NCBI GenBank assembly: GCA_951406725.2
Contig: OX597828.1
Location: 52,576,001-52,640,000 of the forward strand
Origin: Octopus vulgaris
Lineage: Eukaryota
DNA: 64,000 bases
Reading direction: 5' to 3'
The translations under genes and the position numbers were made by a program. Of the stretch, positions 49,225-63,205 are shown in pieces; within the stretch, counting starts at the first letter, position 1; each line of letters begins with the position of its first letter. A model generated the notes under the pieces. The model did not search any database, was not told where the DNA came from, and saw only the letters and a program-made list of their open reading frames with translations.

Positions 49225-50411
49225 AAGTTGTATATAATTATATATGTATACTTGAGTGGTTAAGGCCAACAATCTTTATTGTTACTTACTGCGTACCATA
49301 TCTAATTTATTATTCGTAAGTATATGCATTAATTTTGAAACAAATGATTAAGATTCTGACTTATTATATTTGATGAATGCTTAATGTTGTAAGTTCTGGG
49401 AGCAGAAAACAATGCACCACCTCGACACCTTATATTTGAATGTTTCGTGAACAAGGAAACAGCTTTCTTACCAAGGTCCCTAATTCATGGGGTCTGTGTG
49501 TAGGTCTATAGTTGTCTAAGTGTTCAAAACTTAGTGACTAATGGCAGATTCTAACGTTCTTACAACATCAACAACTGCTGCTCCTATTACTACTACTGCC
49601 ACTTCTGCTCTTATTACTACTACTTCTACTACGGCCACCGCCACCACAACCGTCACCATCACCACCTCCACACAACAGTACGCCCACCACCAACACCTCC
49701 ACACCCACCACTATTACAAATTAGTATTCCCTTATATTTGTATCATAAGCCAACATTTTGGTCAAGATAGCTTAAAGCAACGAACCTTATGGTTTCAATT
49801 GTCAAAATTTTATTATCAGAATGGTTGCTTGCGTCTATGAATGGTTTACTTTTAAGAATGCTGCCATTTTTCTAAATCAATTATAAGCACTTCTATACAA
49901 TACAAACTTAATATATTTGTACACAATACCAAAGTGTAGATGCTTTTATAGAAACCCAAATATACACTTGTATACAAGACTAAAATTTATATCCGTGTGC
50001 ATTAACTTAGTATAATATACTAAAGTTTATACTTAAATAAAATCCTAAAGAATATATTAGTATATATAGGCGAACTATACAATTCTGTACAATAACATAA
50101 GTATTTGTACACATTATGAAACTCTATAGCTCTATACATTTGTATACACAAAATACATTTGTATGTATTACAAAAGTATATAGCTTTATACAATAGCGAA
50201 GAGGATGTATTTGTATTACTATAACAGAGTATATAGATCTTTTGGTGAGTAGAACCAATTTATGGTAACGTAAATTACTATAAGTAATATCTTTCACAAT
50301 CGAATAAAACTGTATATACATGTATGTATGTCTATGTATATGTGTATGTGTATGCATGGATATATTTACATGTGTATATGCATACATACATATTCACACA
50401 CACACACACGT

Positions 50412-50471
<60 letters not shown>

Positions 50472-50578
50472 GAGTAAGCACATAAATGTGAAACAAGGTG
50501 GAAAGAAGAGTACTCAAATACCAGAGGTAGAGTAATATGCTTTATTTAAAAGCAGCAGAAATCTAACAAAAACAAAAG

Positions 50579-50616
50579 CTGTTACTCAGAGTTTCACGTT
50601 CCCGCTCGTCGGACAG
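50579..50616 (-). ncRNA. Degenerate minimal hammerhead motif next to a fold-back end (Penelope-like relic 50468-50638)
   Basis: Minus: CTGT-CCGACGA-GCGGGAACGT-GAAA-CTCTGAG-TA-ACAG; flanking sequence matches 26037-26128; tcggacagtttt/aaaactgtccga inverted at 50609-50638. Confidence 0.55.
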
Positions 50617-50721
50617 TTTTTTTAACAAAACTGTCCGAATGCACGGCCGCATTCAAATGACTGAAACAAGTGAAATAATGAAAGAATGAAAGAATGAATG
50701 AATGAAAGAATATATGTATCA

Positions 50722-50995
50722 AGGATCCTCCCATCGTTATTTTGCTGAACAACTACACAGGTGATCTGTTCACTGTGATCAAATGCTTGTGTTCGCATAA
50801 GTTTGTTCTATCCATCAAATCGACGCTACCTGTTCAGGTACACGACGTGCCACATGTCACATGATGAAATGGTCGCTGAGCAACGTGAAATGCAGTGCTA
50901 TTGCTAAAGAACACAACAGAGCGCCCAGTGTGGGAATCGAAACCACGATCTCGCAAACGTGAGTGCAACATCCTTACCACTAAGTCATGCGCATT
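50722..50995 (-). mobile_element. Diverged tRNA-derived SINE (additional subfamily)
   Basis: Minus: gcgcatgacttagtggtaagg...tggtttcgattccc (A/B boxes), tgttgtgttctttagcaa...atttcacgttgctc as in family D. Confidence 0.65.
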
Positions 50996-51013
50996 CACAC
51001 ACACAAAAACATA

Positions 51014-51137
<124 letters not shown>

Positions 51138-51257
51138 TTGTGTGTGTATATACATATATGCGTGTGTTTCTGTATGTGTGTGTGTGCGTGTGTAATCATG
51201 TGTCTCGGCGCGCCTTGTATACATATGTACGCACCCACTCTTTCTTTATTTATTCCT

Positions 51258-51295
<38 letters not shown>

Positions 51296-51404
51296 CACGC
51301 ACACACACAAACACACGCATACGCACACACTTACACGCACTCACATGGTTTGAAAATGCGCTAAAGGACCTCTGTTCTTTAGAATACATTAGCAGATACT
51401 GATA

Positions 51405-51467
<63 letters not shown>

Positions 51468-51666
51468 CACCACCACAAATCCTCATCCTCATCATCGTCA
51501 TCATCATAACCACCAACGTAAACAAGAACTTCATCATGGACATCAACCATAACAACAACACTAGCACGATGAAGAGCGATAGCAGGAGACTGTAACCATA
51601 TATTGGAAGAAACTAAAAGGCAGTAAGTAAAAAGAGAAAGGAAGAAAGAAAGAAGACAGGTTTGTG

Positions 51667-51731
<65 letters not shown>

Positions 51732-53219
51732 TTGTAGAGAGAGAGAGAGTATGAAATAAGAAAAAGAAAGGAAAAATGAAGGCAAAAAAAAAACAGAGAG
51801 AGAACGAGAGAGACAGACAGAAATAAAGAAGGACCGAAAGAAAAGGATTGAAAACCAAAATGCAATTGAAGAAAGGCAAATGATGCCCGAAGGGAATAAG
51901 ATTTAATTTCTTGATGGGTAACTGATTAAATTAAATGGTAACCATCTGAATTTGTACAAATGGCGTCATCAATTTGATAATGTTTAACATCTTGCTTGGC
52001 CACCATATTTCACGACACGTCGCCTTTTTGTTTTTTTGGCTAGTTTATTCTTTTCGTTTCATTTGTTTGTGTTTTAGTGTTTGGGTGTTGTTGTTGTTCT
52101 TTTTCTTGTTTGTTTTTGTTGGACTTTTTTGTTGTCTTCTTCTGTGTCTGTTATATTCTAATGGATGTACTTATATCTTCTTCTTCAAAAAAAAAATAAT
52201 GAACAAGAACGGAAATACAAAGTGAAACAAAGTAGGAGAGAAATTATTTAAAGTTTAACTTTCGTTTCGTTCGTTAACAAAGTGACAGTATTCCCTTATT
52301 TGATATAAATAGAATGGTAAAGAGTAATTTACGTCGATAATTTTTTTCATAAAAAAAAATACATATTATAAGAGATAAGAAAATATGGCTGCACTAGTTT
52401 ATCGTTTGCTAACAAGGCTTTTAAGGTGAATTTCTGTGAAGGCGATTTCATAAATTTAAGTATATGGACACACGAGCGAACAGAAAACCCACCTATGTAA
52501 CTATTCTCTTATTCCTGTAGATGTATTCTTTTATTTTTATATTTAAGTTTCATTCATTGGACTGCGAACATGAGTTGGGTTTTGGTCTTAGTCTGCTATT
52601 ATATTTCCGTGCACATCTGTAATGATTTTTAGGAATATGAAACGGAACTTCAATAGTCGATTGGTGTATAATTTTAACGAGCTAAAAGAGAAGGGAATGA
52701 AAAACAAAGTTCGTGACGTGATTTGAACTGAAAATATAAAGGACCGTATTTAAACACAGTTGCACAAAGGGTTCTGCCAATGTTTTTCATACATCACGTA
52801 CCTGGACAAATCATCAGGTATGTTATAAGGGTTATTGAGTATTTCATTAATCAACGACCCTCACCTGAGCAATCCAGCCAGGGTTGATGAAGTCCCAACT
52901 TGTGTCTAGATAGTACAATTTCTCCCAGGGTTTACAGCTTCTTATCAACCGATACTTCAAAACAACCACTGCTGTACTGAGAAACAACTTGGCGGCCTTC
53001 GTCTGTTGGTCCCTGTGAAGCCCAGTATGGAGTAGGCTCTGCAGCTAGACTAGTTTAAAAACTTTCTTCATCCTACCTGAATGGAATCGCACCTTTCTTG
53101 CCATTCATCCTTTCTGAAAAACTCTATCAGCTTAGATTCATTCTCTTTTTCTCATTTTACCTCTTCAATGCGGTCTTTCAAACAAATTTGTGACTCGCTT
53201 GCTCATGGAATATCAAAAG

Positions 53220-53551
53220 CAATCACGAATTGAATGAGTGTCGTGAAATGACCAAAAAAAGAAAAACAGATGGAAGTTGATCTGGACCTTTTTTCAAAAG
53301 TTATCTCAGGTGATGAAAGCTGCTGCTAAAGGAACTTGTAGATGTAGAAGAGGTGAATAAAAAAAAACGGTGAAGGTGTTAAAAGGCATTATTTCACAAG
53401 AGTTCAAGGATTGCTTCGAAAAGTGAAAAACGCGTCTGGACCGATGCATTGCTTCAAATGGAGAATGCTTTGAAGGCGATTAATGTGTAAACATATAAAA
53501 CTAAGTGAAATAACGTTGCAAAATTCCGGTTTACGCTTGGGTGCCTCCTTG
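53220..53551 (+). mobile_element. Internally deleted mariner transposase relic with right TIR
   Basis: DLFSKVISGDESCC resembles the first catalytic Asp motif (ITGDE); CFEK*KTRLDRCIASNGECFEGD* resembles the mariner C-terminus; end ...ctccttg|TA. Confidence 0.8.
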
Positions 53552-53582
53552 TAAGTCACCATCGTATATATATTTTTTTTTG

Positions 53583-53808
53583 TTTCTTTAAAACCCACAA
53601 GGGGCTAAACATAGAGGGGACAAACAAGGACAGACAAACGGATTAAGTCGATTACATAGACCCCTGTGCGTAACTAGTACTTAATTTATCGACCCCGAAA
53701 GGATGAAAGGCAAAGTCGACCTCGGCGGAATTTGAACTCAGAACGTAGTGGCGGACGAAATACGGCTACGCATTTCGCCCGGCGTGCTAACGTTTCTGCC
53801 AGCTCGCC
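53583..53808 (-). mobile_element. SINE family B, full length
   Basis: Minus: ggcgagctggcagaaacgttagcacgccgggcgaaatgc...gagttcaaattccgccgaggtcgactttgcctttcatcctttcggggtcg...agccccttgtggg. Confidence 0.9.
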
Positions 53809-53898
53809 GTATAACATACATACATGTGTATGTATGTGCGTGAGTGTATGTGAGAGAGAGAGAGAGAGAGAGAGAGTGTGTGTGTGTATGTGTGTGTG

Positions 53899-53933
<35 letters not shown>

Positions 53934-54003
53934 GCGTGCGTGCGTGCGTGATAGATCGTTAGCCACTGCACACATTTTTTCTCTCCGTGTTTATTCTCTG
54001 TCC

Positions 54004-54039
54004 CTTTTTGTAGAAGAGCGTAGGCTCGAAACGTAAAAG
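54004..54039 (+). ncRNA. Hammerhead-like motif with variant core in a short interspersed repeat (~53950-54130)
   Basis: CTTT-TTGTAGA-A-GAGC-GTAG-GCTC-GAAAC-GTA-AAAG; stems I and II and the palindromic ACGT stem III fit; CUGANGA degenerate. Confidence 0.4.
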
Positions 54040-54530
54040 ATTTTTTCCTATTCCTGAGCGTTATACTAATACATCTGTTTGTTTTGTACACCACCTGTCT
54101 TCGTCTTTTGTTTTTTTCGTAAACTCTCCCTACATGTATATATGCATGCATTTATATGATTTTGTGTTTGTCCTTATCACTGCTTGACAGCTGGTGTTGG
54201 CTTCTTTACGCCTATGTGACTTAGCGGTTCAGAGTAAGAGTAAGATATAATAAGTACCAGGCTTCAAACAATGTACTGGGATTGATTTGTTAGATTAAAA
54301 CTCTGTCCCAGTATGACCTCAGTCCAATGATGCTTCTAATGACATAGTGTGCCTCAATGGATCTTGCAGCGACAACACACGGGCTTCATACATGTAACCC
54401 TAGTCGTTGGGCCTTCCTTTCGTTTCTCTACGAACGCCGCAAGTAGATGTGACAGGTGTAATAGTTAGACTTTCTTATGATATCTGATGCGAGCTAGCTG
54501 ATGTAGTTTTTACTCTCTTGTGGTTTATTC

Positions 54531-54946
54531 TTTTCTACTCTAGGCACAAGGCCCGAAATTTTGGGGGAGATGGCCAGTCGATTACATCAACCCCAGTACG
54601 CAACTGGTACTTAATTTACCGACCCCGAAATGATGAAAGGCAAAGTCGACTTCTGTGGAATTTGAATTCAGAACGTAAAGACAGCCGAAATACTGCGAAA
54701 CATTTCGCCCGTTTCTTATTTCTATACTGCCCACAAGGGGCTATACACAGAGGAGACAGACAAGGACAGACACAGGGATTAAGTCAATTACATCGACCCC
54801 AGTGCGTAACTGGTACTTAATTTACCGACCCCGAAAGGATGAAAGGCAAAGTTAACCTCGGCGGAATTTGAACTCAGAACATAAAGACAGGCGAAATAGC
54901 GCGAAGCATTACGCAAGGCGTGCTCACGATTCTGCCACTTCGCCGC
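54531..54946 (-). mobile_element. Two tandem SINE family B copies with different 3' ends
   Basis: Two copies of actggtacttaatttaccgaccccgaaa..atgaaaggcaaagt; tails ggggcagtatagaaata-like and gggccttgtgcctagagtagaaaag. Confidence 0.85.
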
Positions 54947-55250
54947 CTTCTCTTGCAGTTTATTGCAGGAATGGATTGGAGGCCAGAGCAAAGCTGATAC
55001 GATTATTATCCTATGCATTATTTCATTATTTCATTACCAATTTTCTTGCGTATTTTAGCGGAAGCATTGAATAAAGGAAAAAATTTTACAGAGTTCTTAA
55101 AATACGTTGCGGTAGCCTTTGAAAAGTCGTGTGGTAAGTTAAGTTAGTGGAACTGGCGTGTTTGCTTTTCATCCAAATTCGATCTTGTGGTCATTCGACT
55201 TGGAAGTATATTTCCAAATACCCTTAAAACAAAAAGAATCATAGCTCCGC

Positions 55251-55385
55251 ATGCTTACGAACCGCATGGTTCCGGGTTCAGTCCCACTGTGTGGCACCTT
55301 GGTTAAGTGACTTTCTACTATAGCCTCGGGGCCGACCAAAGCCTTGTGAATGGATTTGGTAGACGAAAACTGAAAAATGCCCGTC

Positions 55386-55455
<70 letters not shown>

Positions 55456-55494
55456 ATATGTTTGTGTGTCTGTGTTTGTTCCCCCAACATCGTC
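55251..55494 (+). mobile_element. SINE family A, 5' half
   Basis: catggttccgggttcagtcccactgtgtggcaccttgg...tgtgtttgttcccccaacatcg. Confidence 0.85.
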
Positions 55495-55551
55495 GTCGTG
55501 GTCGTGGTCGTGGTCGTCGTGGTGGTCGTGGTCGTGGTCGTGGTCGTGGTG

Positions 55552-55616
<65 letters not shown>

Positions 55617-56039
55617 AAAACAAGAAATTGTTTGATACGTTGCATTCACTCGGTGGTTGTTGTCTTACGCACGATTTATTTTAGACTTCGATATCACCAC
55701 AATACCATCGATATTACCACAGCTATCACAGCACTATCACCGCTTATAACACTACCAGGATTGCCACCACAGACAATAACACACGCCAACGCCGACACCA
55801 TTTTATACCACAATATCATAAACTTCCTCTCCCTCTCACTCTTCTCGCCACTCCTTTATTATCACCTTATCTCCCCCTCTCTCTATTACTCTCTTTTATC
55901 ACTAAAACTTTTCACAATTAACACACACACACACACTCTCTCTCTCTAACTCTCTGCTGTCTTTCCTTTCTTTCCTTCTTTTCCTCCTTCTTTCTTACCC
56001 TCTTTCTATCTTTCTTTCTTTCTTTCTTTCTTACTCTCG

Positions 56040-56078
<39 letters not shown>

Positions 56079-56416
56079 TCTCTCGCTCTCTAACTCTGCT
56101 ACTACCTTATTTCTTTCTCAATCCTTTTCCATCTCTATTTTCCCCTGCCTCTCTCCTTCGATCTTTCCTTCTGTCTTTCGTCTGAATCTCGCTGACTACG
56201 GTACTACTCTTTACCCTTTCAACCATCATCTTCCAACTCCTTCTCTTCCTCATCTCACTCTCTCCATTCCCACATAGACACTCACACACACACATACACA
56301 CAAACATACAGACACACACACATACACACAGACGCACACACACAGAGAAAGAGAGAGATAGCTTTGTAGTTAAAGAGAGATAAGTCTAAATCTGAATATT
56401 CATGTGTGTATGTATG

Positions 56417-56478
<62 letters not shown>

Positions 56479-57037
56479 TATATGTGTACGACAATGTTTA
56501 TTTATATATATGCATTAATGTATCTCAGCTACCAACTCCATTTCTCTCTTCTCATTATCGATTTACTTATAGTAATTTTTCCGCATTTTTTATGGGTAGT
56601 TTTTCCCCCCTTTTTTTTTCCTAATTTCTACACTCACCCCCAACCATCAACCCCGTTATAATGTGTTTTAAATTCTGCCCTGGAATGTCTACGAAGCTTT
56701 AGGGACTATGATGAAATCCTTTTTAAAAGGAGAACTTATAAAAAGATGGCGTCTCTTAAGTATATTTGGTTCTTAAGGCAAGATATTTCAGCAAACCGTA
56801 CATCAAATGTTTTGTAGGAAAATACTAATGTTTCTCTAAATGGAATCTCTTCTACAATTTATGTTGGTGTTGTTATTTTGTTATGCACCGCACAACACAT
56901 ACACACACACACACACATACATACATACGCGCACAGACACACACATATACATGCATACACACGCATACATATACTCACACAAAGTCGCGCGTACATATAT
57001 ACAAACACAGTTATATATGTAAATCTGTATGTCTATA

Positions 57038-57095
<58 letters not shown>

Positions 57096-57319
57096 TATAT
57101 ATATTTATATATATATATGCGTGTATGTATATGTGTGTATGTGTGTGCGCGTCATTTCGTGTGCATATGTGTGATTATTTGAGTTTTATTCAAGTCAGTG
57201 ATGTATGCGTGTAAAAAGATATAGCGATGGTCTTCCATTTTGTGTTTTCCCAATCTAGCTGTACACATGTGTATGTATATGCATACATACAGGCACACAC
57301 ATACACACACATACACAGC

Positions 57320-57351
<32 letters not shown>

Positions 57352-57354
57352 CAC

Positions 57355-57395
<41 letters not shown>

Positions 57396-57499
57396 TAAAC
57401 ACATTTATATACGATAAAATGTGCACTTCCATATACGTTTGTATAATTACATGTATATCGACATATTAGTATAAGTTTACGCGTACACACACACATATG

Positions 57500-57532
<33 letters not shown>

Positions 57533-58099
57533 GTGTGTGTGTACACGTATATGTATCTATGTATGCATTTAGGTATTTATACACACACACATGTATATAT
57601 CCTATTATGTATCTGCGTAAGATTGTATATGTAATTTTCTTTTTGTATAACTAGATGTATATCTGCGTGGTGCCGTTAGTGTGCACTATATGTAATGTAC
57701 TCTACATAATGATCTCGCCTTATATCTCATTGGTTTATTGTGCAATATACGCGACGTGTGGGACTGCTTGTCTTTTATGCATTCGGATGAATGTGTACAT
57801 GTGTGTGTGTATTTATGTGTATTTATGTGTATATATGTAAGAGTCACTCTCCGTGTATCCAACCTATAAAAAGTCATGGGCCAAAGTTTGTGAAAGTGAA
57901 GCGAAGGATTAGATTATTGCCTACCACAAATATATGGGTGAAACAGCGCGCGCATAAACATCCGTGTCTATCGTTTTTATTTATTTCCTGTATTTAAGTG
58001 TGTGTGTGTGCGTGTGTTTTTATGTGTGTGTACTGAGTATATATACGTATGCATATATATATATATATATATATATGTATATTTATGTATATATATATG

Positions 58100-58131
<32 letters not shown>

Positions 58132-58544
58132 TGTATATAAGTATATATATATATATATAGGTATATACATGTATATTTATATATATGTATGTGTGTGTGA
58201 CCACAGGTATGTATGTATATGTGTCTACGCATATGTACATAAAGAGGAACGCACACCCACACACGCGCGCGCGCACGCGTACACAGCTGAATCTCACATA
58301 TTAAATAACCTGAGTAAAAATCTTCGATTTACTGAGATTATCCACCTAGAAAGATTCCTCCGAGGTAATTTCCTGTGATAATAACTGATATTCATTATCA
58401 TTACACTATATTCTTTTCGTTTTATTATGTATATACACCTCACATACATACATACATACATACATACATACATACATACATACATACATACATACATACA
58501 TACATACGTACGTACGTACATACATACATACATACATACATACA

Positions 58545-58575
<31 letters not shown>

Positions 58576-58645
58576 GCATATGCATATAGATACTTACGTA
58601 AGTACATGTATACAAATATACATACATTTGTATATTCATGGAAGT

Positions 58646-58708
58646 GAAAAAAAGCCCCTTAGAAATCCCTTGTATGAAACGAGATATATTTTCTAGATTT
58701 ATTTTTCG

Positions 58709-58748
<40 letters not shown>

Positions 58749-58813
58749 CGGAAACTATGATTCCTGAGAAGTATATCTCGTTTCCCACGAGGGATTTCTA
58801 AGCGGCTTTTTTC
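58646..58813. repeat. Imperfect ~50-bp inverted repeat around (TA)n
   Basis: gaaaaaaagccccttagaaatcccttgtatgaaacgagatata versus tatatctcgtttcccacgagggatttctaagcggcttttttc. Confidence 0.85.
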
Positions 58814-58880
58814 CCTGTTCTCGTTCAGGCGAGTATACTGGCGTTGATGTAGCCACATTTGAAATATCGTCAAGGTAAAT

Positions 58881-58950
58881 CTTGCTGATGAAGACTAATC
58901 AATTTTACGTTGGACAAATGTATTTGAAGAGTCCGAAACCTAGGCACTGC
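58881..58950 (+). ncRNA. Degenerate hammerhead motif
   Basis: CTGATGA-A-GACT...AGTC-C-GAAA-CCTAGG; palindromic stem III; NUH triplet and stem I' decayed. Confidence 0.45.
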
Positions 58951-59127
58951 ATTATCCGATTCTGCGTTGTCCATTTATCTAATGTTCATCCTACAGGTAA
59001 GAGAAACTTTTTCATGTTTGCTGCACTCTCACGTTTTTTTGCCAGTATACACGCCGTGAAGCTTTACTATAGCATCGCAAATGTATCGACTGCTATTTCC
59101 AGTAAATATTGGTGACTTGTACGACTA

Positions 59128-59184
<57 letters not shown>

Positions 59185-59207
59185 GATAGATAGATAGATA
59201 AATAGAT

Positions 59208-59449
<242 letters not shown>

Positions 59450-60176
59450 ATGAATTGGTACGAAACAGTGGTTAAGAACATACAGTTTTCGACATCCAGC
59501 TGTTTCTGCTTCGAAAAATTTTACGAGCTCAGTGGCTATGTGCATCCGACATAGCTTCATCAGAGCTTTAACAGGAATGTATGTATGTATATATGTATGT
59601 ATATCAGTCTCTCTCTTTCTCTGTCTATCTATCTATGTGTATCTAACTGTCTGTCTGTCTGTCTGTCTATTTGTCTCTGTACATATCCATTACGTACATA
59701 CACTTGGCCTGCGGTAGTAATCGCAGCTCTGTGCAATTCACGTTTATTCAACTGTGATTTACATATGCGTATATTCTATAAGTAAATTAGCAGACGAATT
59801 CGGTGCAATGGCAATGATATATCTGTTTCTATACTATGCGTTTCGGGGTTCAAGACTTGCCTACTATCACCGGAAAATTACAGGGCATTCCGAACTCGTT
59901 AAAACTGCTGACGGGTTTGAAATAGTCCTCAGCAAGCCTCACATTTGTCACTTCTACCAAATCAGTTGGAGCGAACTTTGTAGCCCACTGGACTGACATG
60001 ACCATGTACTGACATGTATGTGTGAGAGAGAGAGAGAATGAATGAGAGAGGGGGAGAAGAGGGAGAAAGGGGGAGAAAGAGAGAGATAGAGAAAGAAAGG
60101 GCAAGAATGAGAGAACGGGAGAAGAGAAAGAGAGAGAAGAGAAAAACAGAGAGTGAGAGAGAGTGAACGTGTGTAG

Positions 60177-60381
60177 TTTTTAGATTTGCTTCAGTCATTG
60201 GACGACGGCCACGAATTCGTGAGCTCAATCGATAAAACTGATCCCAGCAGTTATATTTTAGACCTGGTACTTATTCTGTCGGTCTCTTTGACCGAATTGC
60301 TATGTCGTGGGTGGAAACAAAACCAATGCAACTATCAAGCGGTTGCAGTGGGATTAGCAAAATCCCCCACACACAGACACA

Positions 60382-60456
<75 letters not shown>

Positions 60457-60660
60457 GTATGTATTTATGTATGTATGTATGTATGTATGTATGTATGTAT
60501 GTATGTATGTATGTATGTGTTTGTGTGTGTGTTTCACCCCCTTGACTTTAGTCGGCCGAGAGTAGAGCAGAGAATACTTACCCAAGGTGCTGCACAGCGG
60601 GACTGAAACCGAACCATATGGCTGCAAGGCAAGCTTCTTAACCACATATACTTTCCTGCC
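60177..60660 (-). mobile_element. Old, diverged SINE family A copy
   Basis: ttcagtcattggac...gtacttattctgtcggtctcttt...cccaaggtgctgcacagcgggactgaa. Confidence 0.65.
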
Positions 60661-60670
60661 CCAATATATA

Positions 60671-61079
60671 TTCTTTTATTCTTTTACTTGTTTCAGTCAT
60701 TTGACTGCGGCCATGCTGGAGCACCGCCTTTAATCGAGCAACTCGACCCTGGGACTTATTCTTTTGTAAGCCCAGTACTTATTCTATCGGTCTCTTTTTG
60801 CCGAACCGCTAAGTGACGGGGACATAAACACACCAGCATCGGTTGTCAAGCAATGCTAGGGGGACAGACACAGACACACAAACACACATACATATACATA
60901 TATATATATATACATATATATGACGGGCTTCTTTCAGTTTCCGTCTACCAGATCCACTCACAAGGCATTGGTCGGCCCGAGGCTATAGCAGAAGACACTT
61001 GCTCAAGATGCCACACAGTGGGACTGAACCCGGAACCATGTGGTTGTTAAGCAAGCTGCTTACCACACAGCCACTCCTG
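60671..61079 (-). mobile_element. SINE family A, full length
   Basis: Colinear with 16869-17285. Confidence 0.92.
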
Positions 61080-61103
61080 TATACAAATAATAGGAATGGG
61101 GCG

Positions 61104-61198
<95 letters not shown>

Positions 61199-61431
61199 GT
61201 GTGCGCATGTGTGTGCGTGTATGTGTGCATATGTATGTGTGTATAGACAGATAAATACATAGATAGACAGATAGAGAGGATGGGAGAAAAGTAACGTATG
61301 GTATATATATGTACATATATAAACATAATCTATAAGTTGACACACACATATGCATGTGTGTCTGAGTGTTGTTGTACATGTGGATATATATATTCACATA
61401 TATACATACATATATATATATGTGTGTGTAA

Positions 61432-61470
<39 letters not shown>

Positions 61471-61481
61471 GATATATATAC

Positions 61482-61530
<49 letters not shown>

Positions 61531-61655
61531 CATATGTATATCTAAATAGAATATATATATACACATATATAAATATATAAATATATATATATAAATATAT
61601 AGGGACATAATTGAATGTGTTTTGAGTGTGTGAGTATTTGTGTGCGCGTGTGTGT

Positions 61656-61741
<86 letters not shown>

Positions 61742-62054
61742 ATCTTTGATATAACATACATGCTTCTCTATTTATTGCAGGAGGAATGGAAGCCAAACCT
61801 CGTGTCTCCTTGTTCCCGTATTTAGTCTTAATTTTTCCTTAATTGGGAAATATTTTTCTTCGAGTGTTCATTAGTGAAAAACCGCAATTACTGAAAGCTT
61901 TTAAATTTTGCCTCTCACCTCGACACCAGATAAAAGCTTTTAACTGTTGTTTCTCTTTTTCTTTCTTTTTTTTTTTTCTTTTTACAGATTTTGTATTTTG
62001 TTTATCAATCACGTATGACACAACAGCCTAGTAATTTCCACGTAAGAAATCATC

Positions 62055-62070
62055 ATTATTATTATTATTA

Positions 62071-62114
<44 letters not shown>

Positions 62115-62115
62115 G

Positions 62116-62182
<67 letters not shown>

Positions 62183-62183
62183 T
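62055..62183. repeat. (ATT)n microsatellite
   Basis: Direct reading. Confidence 0.92.
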
Positions 62184-62351
62184 GTATTTAATAGGTTCAT
62201 TTTTATTACATTCTTTCACAGTACTGCTACATGTTTGTCTGCCTTGGGTATTATGTAATATTTTCTTTTGTTATGCGTTTTCCGTTCCATTATAAAGAAT
62301 CTTCGTAATATATTTGCAGTACCCAGAATGCTGTTTTCTATGATATGTATA

Positions 62352-63205
62352 CAGGATGTTTCGGGCTAAATTTGACGATTTTTTTTTTGGTCTACATTTA
62401 TATTTTTCAGGAGGACTTTGATGTAGTTGAACAGTCAGCGGCGTTGGAGAGCATAGTAATTATAGCTGTAGTTGAGAAAACGTTAGCTGACATAGAGGAC
62501 TTGAAGCCGTCTGAATATTGGAAAAGTAATACGAGTATCATGATGATTTGCACCGGGTATCAAAGTGCCAAGGTTTTCCCTGTTGTTAACTCGATGTCCT
62601 GTGCACATTGTAAAGGAGGTAGGACAGGAAATGCACAGCTGCAATGGAGACTACGGAATCTTGTCCAGCAGGAAGGGACACAGCAGGCATTCTGAGTGCA
62701 TCTACACACTGGAATTAATCCAACAACTGATTAACAGGGCTTTAGGCTGAATTCAGAAGTCTATGTGAAACTGCTGGGGACTGGTCAAACCCTGACTGTA
62801 GAGGATTGCTGCTAGAAGGATTCGGTTCTTTGCCATTCCTGCAGGAGTTAGATGTGGTTCTCGGAGAATTTTTACGAGTTCATCAGCCCCAATTTCTGGC
62901 TTTCTTCTTACTCTAATTGTAATCTTATGGACTACTATGTGTGGGGTGCCGTTGAGAAAGACGCCAATTGCTCGACCTGTAACATCAAAGCCAAGCTGAT
63001 GGCCAAAACCAAGGTATTGTTCGAAGATATTCTTAAGGACATCGAAAGGATCGCAAGGACATCGAGAGGATCGCATGCGCCCGGAGGCGTCGGGAAGCTG
63101 TGGTGGAGGCTGAGGGTAGTTCATTTTTTAGTGAACTCTTATCTCTCAGCGATAATCTACCCGATATTTTTTATAGTTTTATTTTTGGATGAGATATGCT
63201 TTTAG
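62352..63205 (+). mobile_element. Degraded Tc1/mariner-superfamily transposon (transposase pseudogene)
   Basis: Left end TA|CAGGATGTTTC resembles CAGGGTG termini; WFSENFYEFISPNFWLSSYSNCNLMDYYVWGAVEK resembles the WPxxSPDxNPxDYxVWG motif; upstream frames are broken. Confidence 0.8.
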
